DNA of 63,071 nt, counting the filler, from Folioceros fuciformis (taxonomy: Eukaryota), in assembly GCA_049999805.1 (NCBI GenBank). It is 4 parts of 2 records of this genome, joined end to end, with 100 filler letters (N's around TTAATTAATTAA, not from the genome) between each part and the next. Parts side by side here need not be neighbours in the genome. Positions count along the whole stretch, not along the records: positions 10,676 to 28,164 come from JBNGIO010005685.1; 3 more parts are not named here. The stretch is one strand, 5' to 3'. A model generated the notes under the pieces. The model did no database searches, was not told the origin of the DNA, and was given only the letters and a program-made list of their open reading frames with translations. Each line of letters starts with the position of its first letter. Position 1 is the first letter of the stretch. Shown here one piece after another: positions 12,996-25,300 of this stretch. Both the position numbers and the translations under genes were made by a program.

Positions 12996-13131
12996 ATCGA
13001 AACTCTAAGAGCAACCAATCTACCCCATCCAACCAATCTACCCCATCGAAACTCTAAGAGCAACCAATCTACCCCATCGAAACTCTAAGAGCAACCAATC
13101 TACCCCATCGAAACTCTAAGAGCAACCAATC
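12996..13131. repeat. 31-bp tandem repeat (ATCGAAACTCTAAGAGCAACCAATCTACCCC), three full copies plus partial copies
   Basis: Full units at 12996, 13045 and 13076, an 18-bp internally deleted unit at 13027, and a partial unit at 13107. No spacers. Confidence 0.9.
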
Positions 13132-14534
13132 AAGGGTAGAGCACCAGGGCGAAGCCAAGACAGCGCAGAAGTGAAGCTAAGGCAAGCTTCAATGTTATAT
13201 GGACAATGAAATAATCTCAACGTTCTATAAAACCATGTACCCTTGGTTGGACTAGGTTGTCCTGGCCATAGTTGCATTCACATTAACAAATCACAAACAA
13301 GGACGAGTAACCCGTCAACACAAGTACATGGTTCAAACGGCGTATATGNNNNNNNNNNNNNNNNNNNNNNNNNNNNNNNNNNNNNNNNNNNNNNNNNNNN
13401 NNNNNNNNNNNNNNNNNNNNNNNNNNNNNNNNNNNNNNNNNNNNNNNNCTTAAGCCTTAAGCCTGGATATACGTTAAACTACTTAAGTTATCACTTCAGG
13501 ACGGAGCCTTGGCACAACCAGCCAGCAGTGCTTTTGGTCCATCCATCCACCGCCGTGCATTGAGAAAAACGCTATCTTTATTATCATGGTAGGTCTACGG
13601 TTCTTCTCTGTCTTTCACCTGCCACCCGGTCGGTTGTTTAGAATCGTATACCCCTTTGTTGCCAAATTTTTTACATGTATCCTACCGGTTCGGCGTTACA
13701 TGTGACGGTTACCTGACAATTACTAAGCGCAATCGCAGAACGACATTCCTAGTCACTGGTGGACACATTTCCACCTACTAGCAGCAACTCATTAGAAGAT
13801 TAGACGTATCGTCGAAAGAAATTAGCAGTTGCAAGTCGCCTGACGTCAACCGGCTCTGCACACCATTGCCAGGTGACGAGTGTCAATCATTACAACATAG
13901 TATTCTTCCGGAAATAAAAATAATCGTCAGCTCCGCATTGCCGCTCTGTAGGGAGTTCGACAAACTTCGACTCCTAAACTTTCAGACATAAGGAGCACTC
14001 AACTCAGGTAGGGTATCTTGGCAACCTTTGATCTTCTGAAGCCGTTCGACTCTTTGATGCAGACAATTCACAGTAAGGAATCCTCCGAACTGCAACAATC
14101 GATAGCCATGTACGTGTACGCCCAAAGGAGACCGTCTCTCCTGTAGAACCATTCCACCCCACAGCCTGAAGTCCTACCCATGCATCATCACTAGAAGTTC
14201 AGCCAGACACTCACTGTCCCTGCTGTGGCCCTACTGCGTGCGCTGTAACCTGGAGTTCCAAGCAATGTATGTTTAAAGCTCCAATATAGACTAGGATCTG
14301 TGCATATGCAAGCCGGAGCTGAGATATTATCAACAATACGCCTTGGCACCCATAATCCTGCAACCGCAGAACCGAACCGGCAAGTGTCACCACTATCATG
14401 ATGTGTTGTGATATCCTGCAGGATCTGGCTCATTATGACCTTCACACTGGCTCCTCAGAATGAACACGCCCATCTAGAAGCTCGAAGACGTCAGAACCCG
14501 ATGCCGCTGCTACACGTCCACTTTCAATCGTGAT

Positions 14535-17500
14535 CTACTTGGGCCCATGATCCAATGAACTCCAAGTAAACGGAGGAATCACACAGCTCACATGGGGTGC
14601 TCCTCTCAGGAAAACACAAACCACAACACATACACAAGCAACTGCGACCATGCATAACAAGAAAGGTCGATGCATCTGGCCCCTTACGCCACCCATAAAA
14701 GCTCTCTTGTTCCTCGACATGGCAACCAGTGTCATCTCCTTCTTCTGGTTAGATCCACTTGTGTTCATACCATGCATGGGAGTGAACTTTCTCTCATTCG
14801 CTCCGACAGCCAGGTGAGTTTGCTGCCCCAGTACCCGGCTCTTTCCAGCTGGATGTGACTTCCACGAGGAATGAGACTGGAGACTTGCCACTGTCCTCCT
14901 AACCATTGCTACATAACGCAATTTTCCGCTAGCAATCGCACAGTTCAGAGGAGTTTGACCACTTGCATCCCGTGCATTGCTCCACGCATGTATACCTAGC
15001 TGGCCAGAATCACTGGTTAGAACATCAATGATGGCTTCAGCATCTTGCATCCCAGCCGCGATATGCAAAGGAGTGATGCCCCTGGGGCCAGGCATATCTG
15101 GAGTGAATATGGGGACAGGCACAGCTCTCACATCTGCCATGCCTGTCTCTGGATTTCCAGGCACACCCAGAGGGACATCAGGGACATATGCTAGCAGAAG
15201 CTCAACCATGGATCTACAATTCCTCCTTACTGCTCTGTGCAACAGAGTTACTCCCCCCTGCAGGGCTCCGACAACCCCCAAGGATAACCTGTCAACAGCC
15301 ACCTCCGCAGATGCGAAGTACAAGTCCAGCAGCTTCTTCACCAGAGCACACCAATCCCGTTCCACAGAGTAGACAAGCAGGCGCTCAAGACGCAAACTTA
15401 TCCTACTAGAACCACTTAAATGTCCTGGTTCTGGACTAGCCATGCTCCTCTGCAACAGCCATCCTAGTTCAAACAAGAACTTCCTCACTTCAGCCTCAGC
15501 GGCCGCCCGAGCCGTGTTTGCATACTCGGAAACTTCATTGGGCAGGAGGCCACTATCCTCAGCCTTTTGTGCTGCTTGCCGCGCTGCAACTTCTACCTCA
15601 TCCTCCAGGGTGCGGATCTCTGCACAAACGGCACTTTCCGCAACCAATACAGGCCACGTATTGCCCTTGCTTGCATTCTGCTCCACCTCAATAAAGCATC
15701 TGCCACAGGAGCTGAGTGGGCCACAATCAAAGCCAAACTGCTCACCAGGTAGAAGAAGATGATCGAAAGGCCCACCTTGAGAATCGTCCTGTGACTCAAG
15801 CAGGGAAGGCCTTCCCACGAGACTCTTCCCTTTATACAGGCAGTTAACTCGGGCATGAGCTTTCCCAAGATTATACCCTCTCAAGATAAGCCTAGTCTTA
15901 CGATCCAACACAACGGCAATTGGTCTAACCGACAGAATGTGTGGAGGGAAAAGTGGGGTCATCACCCTACACATCTGGACCGTGCCATCAGAGATGAAGA
16001 TGGTTTGTTCCTCTACCTGCACTTCAATACGACCTGTCCTCCAAAAGTCTGGCGATGCCTCTAAGAGAGGGTGCCAACTCCACGGCAGTCTTCTACATAT
16101 GCGCTCCCACGCCTTATCAGGTAAAGACAGAAAAATCGTTAACATCACACAGCCTGGCTTGATAAAGCTCTCCATGTCTAAAGGTGCATGGGACAACCAT
16201 TCAAGGATATGAGAGCGGAGGCCCGGGGGAATGTCTCCTGGATTCTTATCAAACAGCTTGATCTGTATCCGACCAACCAAATCTTGGCTGTCTGCATTTG
16301 AACCCTCCGGAGAGAAGTCAGATCTCGAAGTGGAGTTTTCGCTTGTTTTCTGAGTTGCTGGTTGCTGCAAGTGTAGAGTTGGCTGCAGAGAGTCCACATC
16401 CTCGGCTTGAGACATTCTGCTCTGCCCATTTAACAAGGCCAGCATACCATTTCCCACCCCTTCTCGACCAGGACTAGCAGATGTATCATTCATAGTGGCA
16501 CGACTTTCACTGCTCGATTGAAGTGGGAACAACCTGTGAGCCACTGGCGTGGACTTGGACCAACCTTGTGAACCCTCGGTGAAGACTTCGGCGGATTGCA
16601 TCGACATGGTGGATCTGGAAGGACGATGAGGCACGTCATTCGGTTGAGATGCCCCGCCAGAGGATGGAGGCGACCGTACATGCCTTCCGTTAGCCTGCGG
16701 CTCCAAGGCATTGGCACCAGGACCAAGGGGAAAGGCGCCAGAATTGTCCCCCCGAACTGGTTGAGGGTGGAACTCTCTGCTGTCCTTGATGGCCCGGGAT
16801 GCACGGACTTCAACAAGCTGAGACAGTTTCTCCTGCACCGACGCAGACGCTTGAGAGAAAAGCTGCTTCTCACCAACTTCATGCCCATTCTGTGGAGCAT
16901 ACAAAGTGGACGCAACCCTGGCAACTCCAGCGTCGCAGTTACCATTGCCGTTCACATGGCCATTACCATGTCCAAGCCCATTTCCATTTCCATTTCCATT
17001 GATGTTGAGATTTGCGTTCGCTTCCCCCGACCTGTTGTTCATGCATGCCTTGAGGTAGTACTGGACCATAGCCTCCGGATTGTTTAACATCTCATTCAAT
17101 CCTTCGAAGGCCTTGGACTCCTGCAGCTGACTCAACACTTGCAGCAACCCGAAAAAGCCTCCTTTTGCAGGACCGAAGTCAGAAGTCTCCGCAAGCAGGT
17201 AGGCTTGGGCAGCAGCGGCATCGGGCTGGGTCTTCCTCCTCCGCTTGTTGTGCCCGGCCAAGCGCCTACGGCAGCTCCTTTTCCCTTCATCAAACTCGGC
17301 CAGAGGATGGAATCTGCTACACTGCTGGCAGAAACGCTGCGACTGATGCGCCACCGTTGCCTTGATCGACTTCGAATGGGCTTCACAGACCTTGTGCCTC
17401 CTGTGGTAATCCTTGGACTGCCTCAGGTCAGCCTTACAGTCGTCCACCTGACAGGTCGGGAACTGAGCCCCGGGAGAGGAAGAACGGTAGCGCTTGTTGA

Positions 17501-17969
17501 TCCTAGACCCGTTCCCTGCCTCCTCTCCTGCAAGAGAGAAGGAGCTGCCACCTAGCTTGAGATCCAGGCCGCCCGACGCTTCCGTAGTGTCCCGAGACAG
17601 AAACTCTTGCTCAATTCTGGTCTCCCGCACCCCGGCCTTCAACAGGTTACACGCCCCTCCTCCATCATTGTCGTGGTTGTTCCCGCCGCTGTCCTCGTAG
17701 CTAGCGGTGGCCGACCTGTCACCATTACCGTCCGTCCCATCCCCCGAGGCGGGCTGAGCCACGCATCTGAGGGAGTCCCAGTGCCAGAAACGGGGATCCC
17801 AGTCCGCCTTGTGCCTCCGTTCCGCGGCCACCCCGCCATGCGCCACATCGAGGAAGCCCTCCCCGTGCCTGGCAAGGGCCGACCTCGAAGACATGAGAGC
17901 AAGCTCCTCCGGCCGGGATCCGAGAGCTACGAAAGGCAAGGACAGGGAATTGAAGGGTTCGGCCAACAT
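14535..17969 (-). CDS. SPL: SQUAMOSA promoter-binding protein-like transcription factor, large SPL1/12/14/16 type; single exon, 1144 aa
   Basis: N-terminal WD..FWHWDS motif; complete SBP domain CQVDDC..YHRRHKVC..RFCQQCSRFH..FDEGKRSCRRRLAGHNKRRRK; conserved block GRIQIKLFDKNPGDIP..LEWLSHAP.DMESFIKPGC; ankyrin-like LLHRAVR and GITPLHIAA; C-terminal TM segment RPFLLCMVAVACVCVVVCVFL and PPFTW..LDHGP. Confidence 0.96.
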   Translation of the reverse strand: MLAEPFNSLSLPFVALGSRPEELALMSSRSALARHGEGFLDVAHGGVAAERRHKADWDPRFWHWDSLRCVAQPASGDGTDGNGDRSATASYEDSGGNNHDNDGGGACNLLKAGVRETRIEQEFLSRDTTEASGGLDLKLGGSSFSLAGEEAGNGSRINKRYRSSSPGAQFPTCQVDDCKADLRQSKDYHRRHKVCEAHSKSIKATVAHQSQRFCQQCSRFHPLAEFDEGKRSCRRRLAGHNKRRRKTQPDAAAAQAYLLAETSDFGPAKGGFFGLLQVLSQLQESKAFEGLNEMLNNPEAMVQYYLKACMNNRSGEANANLNINGNGNGNGLGHGNGHVNGNGNCDAGVARVASTLYAPQNGHEVGEKQLFSQASASVQEKLSQLVEVRASRAIKDSREFHPQPVRGDNSGAFPLGPGANALEPQANGRHVRSPPSSGGASQPNDVPHRPSRSTMSMQSAEVFTEGSQGWSKSTPVAHRLFPLQSSSESRATMNDTSASPGREGVGNGMLALLNGQSRMSQAEDVDSLQPTLHLQQPATQKTSENSTSRSDFSPEGSNADSQDLVGRIQIKLFDKNPGDIPPGLRSHILEWLSHAPLDMESFIKPGCVMLTIFLSLPDKAWERICRRLPWSWHPLLEASPDFWRTGRIEVQVEEQTIFISDGTVQMCRVMTPLFPPHILSVRPIAVVLDRKTRLILRGYNLGKAHARVNCLYKGKSLVGRPSLLESQDDSQGGPFDHLLLPGEQFGFDCGPLSSCGRCFIEVEQNASKGNTWPVLVAESAVCAEIRTLEDEVEVAARQAAQKAEDSGLLPNEVSEYANTARAAAEAEVRKFLFELGWLLQRSMASPEPGHLSGSSRISLRLERLLVYSVERDWCALVKKLLDLYFASAEVAVDRLSLGVVGALQGGVTLLHRAVRRNCRSMVELLLAYVPDVPLGVPGNPETGMADVRAVPVPIFTPDMPGPRGITPLHIAAGMQDAEAIIDVLTSDSGQLGIHAWSNARDASGQTPLNCAIASGKLRYVAMVRRTVASLQSHSSWKSHPAGKSRVLGQQTHLAVGANERKFTPMHGMNTSGSNQKKEMTLVAMSRNKRAFMGGVRGQMHRPFLLCMVAVACVCVVVCVFLRGAPHVSCVIPPFTWSSLDHGPK

Positions 17970-19349
17970 CTAGGCTGCCGCTCCGCCCCTGCTCCCTGCC
18001 CTTTTCCTTCCTTGGCAGGACACACTCCGACAGCCCGCACAGTGGCAGCCCACCAACATCATCCGAGCAGCATGAGAAGCGGCAGCTGCAACAGAATGAG
18101 CAGCCCCGCCATCATCCCCTGCGCTTGGGAGCACAAAGCCTGCCCATGCAAGCTCAACCGGGAGGGGAATGCGCAAAAAGGCCAAAGCAGAGCAGAAGCG
18201 AGGGGGAGCCCGGCTGCCTCCAATGCATGATACCCGTCACGGGAGTTGCACCCCTCCTCGCACAAGTTCGTGGTCCTTGTCACTCACTGCACTGCTCACC
18301 GTTCCATGGCATGGGCGCAGCAACGTCTGTCACGCCATCGGCAACACACCCGCTCCGGCTGCCCAACGCTGTTACTACTGCTGGTGAGGAGGAGGAGCAG
18401 GGGGGGTGAAAGACAGAAGGAGGGAGAGGGCAGGTGGGCTTCCCGCCGTACAGAGTCACACAGTCGAGGAGGCTTCGTCGCCAGTTTCCGATATCTTGGA
18501 ACTGAGCGCCAGCGTGAGAGTACAAAAAGTGAGCTCATCAACGCCTGGCCTGGCCTGGCCTCTCCTCGCCCCGCCGTCCTCGTCCTCGTCCGCTGCGGGA
18601 CGGACACGCTTCTCGAGCCCCTTTCCCAGGATTCTTATTTAATTGACCTGCTTCTTCCATACATAATTCACGACGACGATTCGGGGAATCTCATCGTGTG
18701 TGAGCGAGAAACCTTGGAAACGAGCCAGCGAGAAAAAAAAAAGCTGCATAGGTAGGTCGCTTAGCTTTCACTGTACTTCCCAAGGTTCAGCAACGGATGG
18801 AGACACACCGCGTGGGCTCCATATCAACGCTACATGCATCATCTTACTACGAAGGAGGACCAAAAGGGCCCCGGCAGTTCCTGCCCCACTCCACTTCCGT
18901 CAGTCAAGGAACGAGGGCGAGGCCCCGGCCCCGACCCTGGCCCAGAAGGCGAATCATGTTTCTTTCCTTTTATGCACACAGCGTGACTCTGATAAGCAGC
19001 TTCCTTCAATACTTTCGGCAAGTTCACAACGTCACAGGGCCACAGCTGACTGAGCAAACCCTTATAAATAAGCCAATCTAGCCTCCAACTGGACGTAACC
19101 ACCACATTCTACGCTGATGTACACAGCATACACTAGCACCGCCACACAGAGAATGGAGGGCAGGGGGCAGGCGGACGACGGGGTACATAGGACCTAGACT
19201 AAACGGTGGTTGTTATCAACCGCAAGAACGCGCACGCCCATTGCCATCATAATTGTACATTTCCTACAGCGCTCTTTCAGCCCCGTGGAACTACTAGGAA
19301 TGATTTTGGGGGAGAACAGCACCATCAACTGGATGTACATCCCACTTCA

Positions 19350-22300
19350 CCTCACCTTCCTTTTCCGAACCCTCACGGTCCCCTGCAAAACAGAACCTCT
19401 GCTCACCAAACAAGCCACTCCCTGCACGCCTCAGCTAAGTTTCGTGCTTGGAGGGACTTACCACCCCCTCATCATCCGAGTTTTCAGCTGCCCCTGTCTC
19501 GGAACCAGACTTTGCTGCACCATCTGTAGCTACTTTTTTCTCGACACTACCGCTTTCGGCAGGTGCCTTGGACGGAGGCACAGCTCTCTTGATCTTCATA
19601 GTGTCTCCCACTGTGGCTGCCAACAATAGCGCACCCAAATCTTAGGACCACAGTTTACAGTCATCTCCAACAGCTCATACCTCAACAGCTATCACTTTTG
19701 CAGCTCACCTTTATGGGCTCCACGACCTGAGCTTTTTGCCTTCGTGCCACCTCCCTTGTCCAAAGGCTGATCGTTGTCAGCTTCGGTCAAGTCCAGAGCA
19801 AAGGGGTCCACAGCCGGAGTTGGGGTGGTACCGGCATTTGACGGACTTGAAGGTGGAGGAGATGAAGCATCATCATGCTTTGCTTCTGATGTCACTCCAC
19901 CGCTCTTGTGCTGAGCACGAGTGTCCTGCATACCACTTCCTGACTCTGTGGTAGGCTCCCTCTCCGTCCTTTCACCCGGGGATTCATTTCTGAGATTCCA
20001 AAAACAACGTCATCAAAAGTGCAAAAGCCCAATGAGATGACCAACCGGAAAATACATGGGCACAGATGGACAGGAGGATTTAAACTCACAATTCTTCACC
20101 ATCAGGCCCATCCGATGCGCCGGTCTTCTCTGCAGAATCATGAAGCGACCCTCCTTGAAATGCCTTTTTCAGCTTCCCTCTCCTGAAGGGAACACCACAC
20201 TTACATGAAACTTCCGAAAGCTTGAAATGCATGCAAATAATCCAAACTGGAAACATTTCAGAGCTAAACAACATGGAAGAGTCCCAACTGATTATTCTGC
20301 GAAGATGTTGGCGTTGAAGGTGCCTCCGATGCTCTCTGCATAGGTGTAAGCGGTATCAGCCGAGTTCTAGGTCAAAGATACACCTCAATTGAAAACACAC
20401 TGCACCTTTTTACGCGAAGACTCCTCCTTTATGATGGTCCACCGCTCCTTCGACAGACGAAGGTTCTCAACATCCCCATCGTCATAAAGAATCTGACATT
20501 TTCCCACATCATCAGACTAAGACATTAAGGCAGCTAAAAGACTGCAGGTACTGAAAAAAAAAGACTTCGCACCTTGTGCTTTTTGGTCTTCGCATCATAC
20601 TGTGTGACCCTGCCTTTATAATACCTGCATATGGTCGCACAACATCAGTTTTTCTCTTACATACACTTGTCCTTCGCAGCCATTACTTTCACCAGCACGC
20701 ATGCCAGCTACTCAAGGTTACAAATACAGATTGTAGAGATCAAGAGAGAACTTCACTCACTCTTTGTCAAGGGGCCACCAAACCTTGACCCTAGCATTTA
20801 CCAGCTCGTCACCATGCTCGTCACCCTTGGCTTTGCCAGCACTCTGAGTGTAGACGCAGATTAGCACAAGCAAAGGCGAGTGACTCAAACTCCAGACAGA
20901 TTGCAACTGTAAATGCTTAGACAAACCTTTTCAGCTGCTGGAGTTGTGGATGGCTTTGCAGACTGGACAGGTGTGTCGGTATCTGCATTCTTGGGTAATT
21001 TTGCCTTCGGAGTTTGTTTTGGACCCTCAGTTGCTCTCCTTTTCGGTGGAGAAGCCGTCCTAACTGCCTCTGCAGAGGCCTGCACAGGTACAGAAGGATT
21101 CATACCACCGACATGATATCAGAGTTCACGTAGCTGACTTCTTGATTGTCATATAGACAAAGCCCCACAAAAGACCAACAACCTTCCTGTAAAGCATAAT
21201 TTTCAAAGCCTAGAAAGTCCAGTCCCCACCTTCTTAGGCTTCCGACCAGAGGACGTTTCCCCAGACGGCTTAGCTGCTGACTTCTTTGAAGAGGCAGGTG
21301 TCTTCTGATTCCCGACCGATTTTTTAGAGCTACCAAGGCGCTTAGTAGCTGAGCCTGAAGCCTCCTTTGAGGATGGAGCATCCTCAGCATCATCTAACGT
21401 ATTTTCCACGGAGATTGTTGCTCCATCCGAGACCTCCTGAGGCTCTACTACCACCTCAGGGACCTTCCGAGGTCGCCCCCTCTTCTTTTTCTCAGGCACG
21501 ACGTCTTGTTGTTGCTCATTCTTCACAGCGGCCCTTGATGGTCCAGGGTTCCTTTTACGTCCCCGTTGCGATTTTACAGGAGCAGGTGGCTGATGACTGG
21601 GCTCTGTAATGCCTTGAGCAGCATCTGCACTTCGACTCTTCTTTGGAACATGCTCATCATTGTCTTCCTTAGCAGCTTCCTCCCCTGCCGAGTCCCCATC
21701 CACAGCTTTTCTACCCCGCTTTGCACCTCCACGAGGACTTGAAGGCTGGGTGCCACCACACTCAAGACTCAGAGAATAATATCATGTTGAACCATCGAAC
21801 ATCTCACAGACAGCATGCGCCATGTGCCAAATAGATAATGAAATGCTCACAAGCTATTGCAGGATCTTGCAAACAGCACAGCTAAAGTGAAAACACATTC
21901 TGACAAGTCCAACGAGCCATCGCTATTTTGCGGGGCAGATGCTGCATTCAAAAACTGCAGAAGATCAACGCCACAGCCAAACAAATGCATGGGCTCACTT
22001 GGACTGCTGCTCGAGATGTGACAAACTTCAGTTTCAGCTGCCCATTCCCATCAATCAAGCATGGCGGCATATGGCTCCCATCCACCTGCTCAGAGACAAT
22101 ATAAGCAGTGTTACACAGAACCAAAGGGATGATCACCAACGAAGGAACCATATGACACATTGGATACCTTGGATTCTGCACCCTCAACTGCTTCTGGAAC
22201 TTTGTAAAGAGCACTTGGAAGGGGAACCTCTCCTGGATAGGCTCCAGAATACAATCTCTTTCGGACAAGCTCTTTGGTTATCGCTGCTCCGATGTCAGCC

Positions 22301-25300
22301 ACAGTATAGAGCGTCTGGATCACAAGCACAGACAACATGTTTTCATGGAGCATTCTAAACAACACCTGAGACAATCTATTTGCGAGCTCTGCGACCAGAT
22401 GACTCGTGCTGTTGTGAATTGGCCTCCAAGCTACACAAATTTGAAAGCTGCAAACGATCCTATTTGATTTGACATACATCACTTTTAGTAGGGTCCACAG
22501 CATCTTCAGCTCGCTTGATCTCTGCAAAAATGGCTAGCACAGCTGGGATGTTATCCACCTCCTCCTTTTTCCCAGCTTCTCCTTTAGGTTCCCCATCTTG
22601 CTGAAGTAATGCTCGGAGATAGAAATGAAGCTGCCTGTTGCCAGCAGGATATCAAGATGATTACTTAATCAGCTACACTTAAAACTTTGACACTTGAACA
22701 ATGCTAGACAGTTCACCCTAAGAAGACAACTTGAGAGGGCCATGTCCCTTCGACTCCTACCAGAGATGCATTACAACAATACCCACAAAGTTGCAGCACA
22801 GCCACAGAAAAATATACAGACCTTTGGAATGGTTCATATGATGCTGCATCAACTAGAGCTTCAGGGGAGACAGGGTATTGTGGGTGATGCGCAATAACAT
22901 GCACCAGATAGGTCAGCACATATTCTGGGTGGGATGGCAAACCACTGCCTTCTAACTGGGAAGAGAGCGAAAGATGTCTTGCTCGGCCCTCTCGTCGGCA
23001 TGATTCTATAAAATCAGCTGTGAATTTCTTTGCCTGGAGAAAACGGCATGTACGCAATAAGAACTAATATTGAGGTCTTCATCCAAAGCGGAATAGCATT
23101 CGACCTCCACAGACCTCATTCAAAATGTCTTGAGACTTTTCTGTCGCGCACAGAACAAATGCACTTGCATACTTGTGGGGTAGTGATCTCTCTTTCAACC
23201 CGTGCTGAACTTTCTCAATGAACCGCTGGCGAACCTCAATAATAGGGTCCTACACAAACATCAGCACGACTGTCAAAACAAATGCCATATCACAGTGACA
23301 TGAAAACATGCACGAGTGAAAAAAGTCAGTCTTCCCGCATTTTGTCACGGAAAGTGTTGTCCATAAGGCAAAAACACACAAAAACAAATTGTTACCTGTG
23401 CAACAAGCATAGTTGACATCCACACATCCGGTTGGATCTCTTTATCCCAGCGACCTGCCAATCGGAGGACTCCTTTTGCTGCAGCTAGTCGGATGTGAGC
23501 CTTGTCAAAGTTACTGCAAGCTTGCACAAGAACTGCTGGTCAGGAAGAGAAAGAAGCTGCACCATGAACTGCATGCCACATGTGAGCTTTTATTCAGATA
23601 ACAAACAAGCAACCACTTCACTCTCTTCAGACCTTGATTGAACGTCTTCCGATATTTCCCCAGATTCCAAAAGCTTGCTGATGACACCAAGAAGACCATC
23701 CAACTTAGCTGTTTGCCGTAGATGTGCATCTCTGTTTGGCAAAAAACTCTTCACAAGCGTCTTTAATCCATATATCTGTGTCACAGTACCACCAAACTGT
23801 TTACTTCCTCTGGTCTTGCCTTACTAGACACTAGTATCTCACTGAAAGACCATTGAATAAAATTTACCTTCAGCTGACATTCCTCACTAGGGTGTCCCCA
23901 AGAGTTTGAAGGTTGTGGCTGAAATATCCAGAGTTTATCAGTAACACGCACACAACCCCTCATGAGACAATACCAAAGAACCACAGCCCATGTCTTACAC
24001 TTGACAGCTTCAAGAGGTTTTGAACAACAAATCGAATGATGTCACTCTCACGAGTTTCAAAAACTGGTGTGGAGTGTTGGGCTATGCAACCAAGAGACTG
24101 CAGAATAGTTGGAAGATGAGGCTTATCATCGAGCGAATCCACCAGACGCTGCAGGAGATGTCTGACATGTAAGAAGAAGAAAACTGCAATTTATACAGCA
24201 ATGCATACAGAAAATCAAGGGAGACCAGAGTTGGAGCACAGCTGAGGGCCTACCCCATATAACAGAGACAGCGTCTTCAACCCAGAGTCGGCAGTCACTG
24301 TAGCAATGGCAGAAACGGCATACTTTGCTTGTTTCCGGCTGCCCTCTAGACACATCTTTTCAAGAGTATCATCCACTGAGCTGTAAAGCAATATTTTGTC
24401 AACAAGGGTTTCTTACAATTCTGAAATAATCTTTGCAATTAGCCTAGGAATGGAGCTTGCAGTGCCTTGGAGCATGGCTTTCAGCTTCCCACCTTCCGCC
24501 TTCAGCGATTTGGTCCCGAATCGAGCCACCTGCCTTTGCAAGGATATGCACAACTCCCTCTCTAACAGATTCGTCACTCTCCTTCAGCAACTCCAACAGG
24601 TCCTTGTGTGTCCCCTGAATTAGGGAAGGAAAAACACTCGCAATCTCCTGCAAGAAAAATTGAAGCAATGGGTGTCAACGGGCCAAAGCGACCATGAAAA
24701 GTGAAAGACTCGAGTTCAAGCCTGACACTTACCACAAGCAATCCTAAGCTTGCTTTGAGAAGAGTAGACTTGCCAGCACCTTTGTACACAGGTATCAGCT
24801 TCAGTGTCGCTCGTACATGCTCCTTCCCAAACAGCATATAAGAACACATTGTAGAAAGAGCTTTCATGAACTCATATTGAGGATGCTGTTTATCCGTCAA
24901 TCGCTTCAGAAGGTCTTCCTGAAAATTATCAGAACATGGAAGCCATTGATTGTTAGAATACGCACACCCTCTATGTGAAGCACAACCAGAAGCAGGGTTC
25001 AACCTGCCTCAAAGAGCATCCCTAAAAAGAGTGAGAAATAATTACACAGGCTTCACGAGACTGTTCTAAAGTCTTGTCCGGTTCCAAAAGAGTTCCAAAC
25101 GTTTTGAAGATGTTGTTGTCCTTCATCTGATGCAGCTTCTGGAGATGTTCCTCAGCTTTTGGTGGGTCAACGAAGGCCACTGAGATAGCTTTGAAAGTGC
25201 TCTGAATTTTTTTCTCAATGTCCGCATTATCTTCTTCCTGACAAAAACAACCAGGAATTGAATATTCAGGCCACGGACATCCATCCAATTGGCACAATGT

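Noticed and set aside
12996..13131. 31-bp repeats as a CRISPR array
   Set aside because: The units are head-to-tail with no unique spacers, there are no cas genes, and the context is eukaryotic. It is a minisatellite.
14535..17969. miR156/529 target site in SPL
   Set aside because: I saw no GTGCTCTCTCTCTTCTGTCA-like site by eye, and this SPL clade is not normally targeted.
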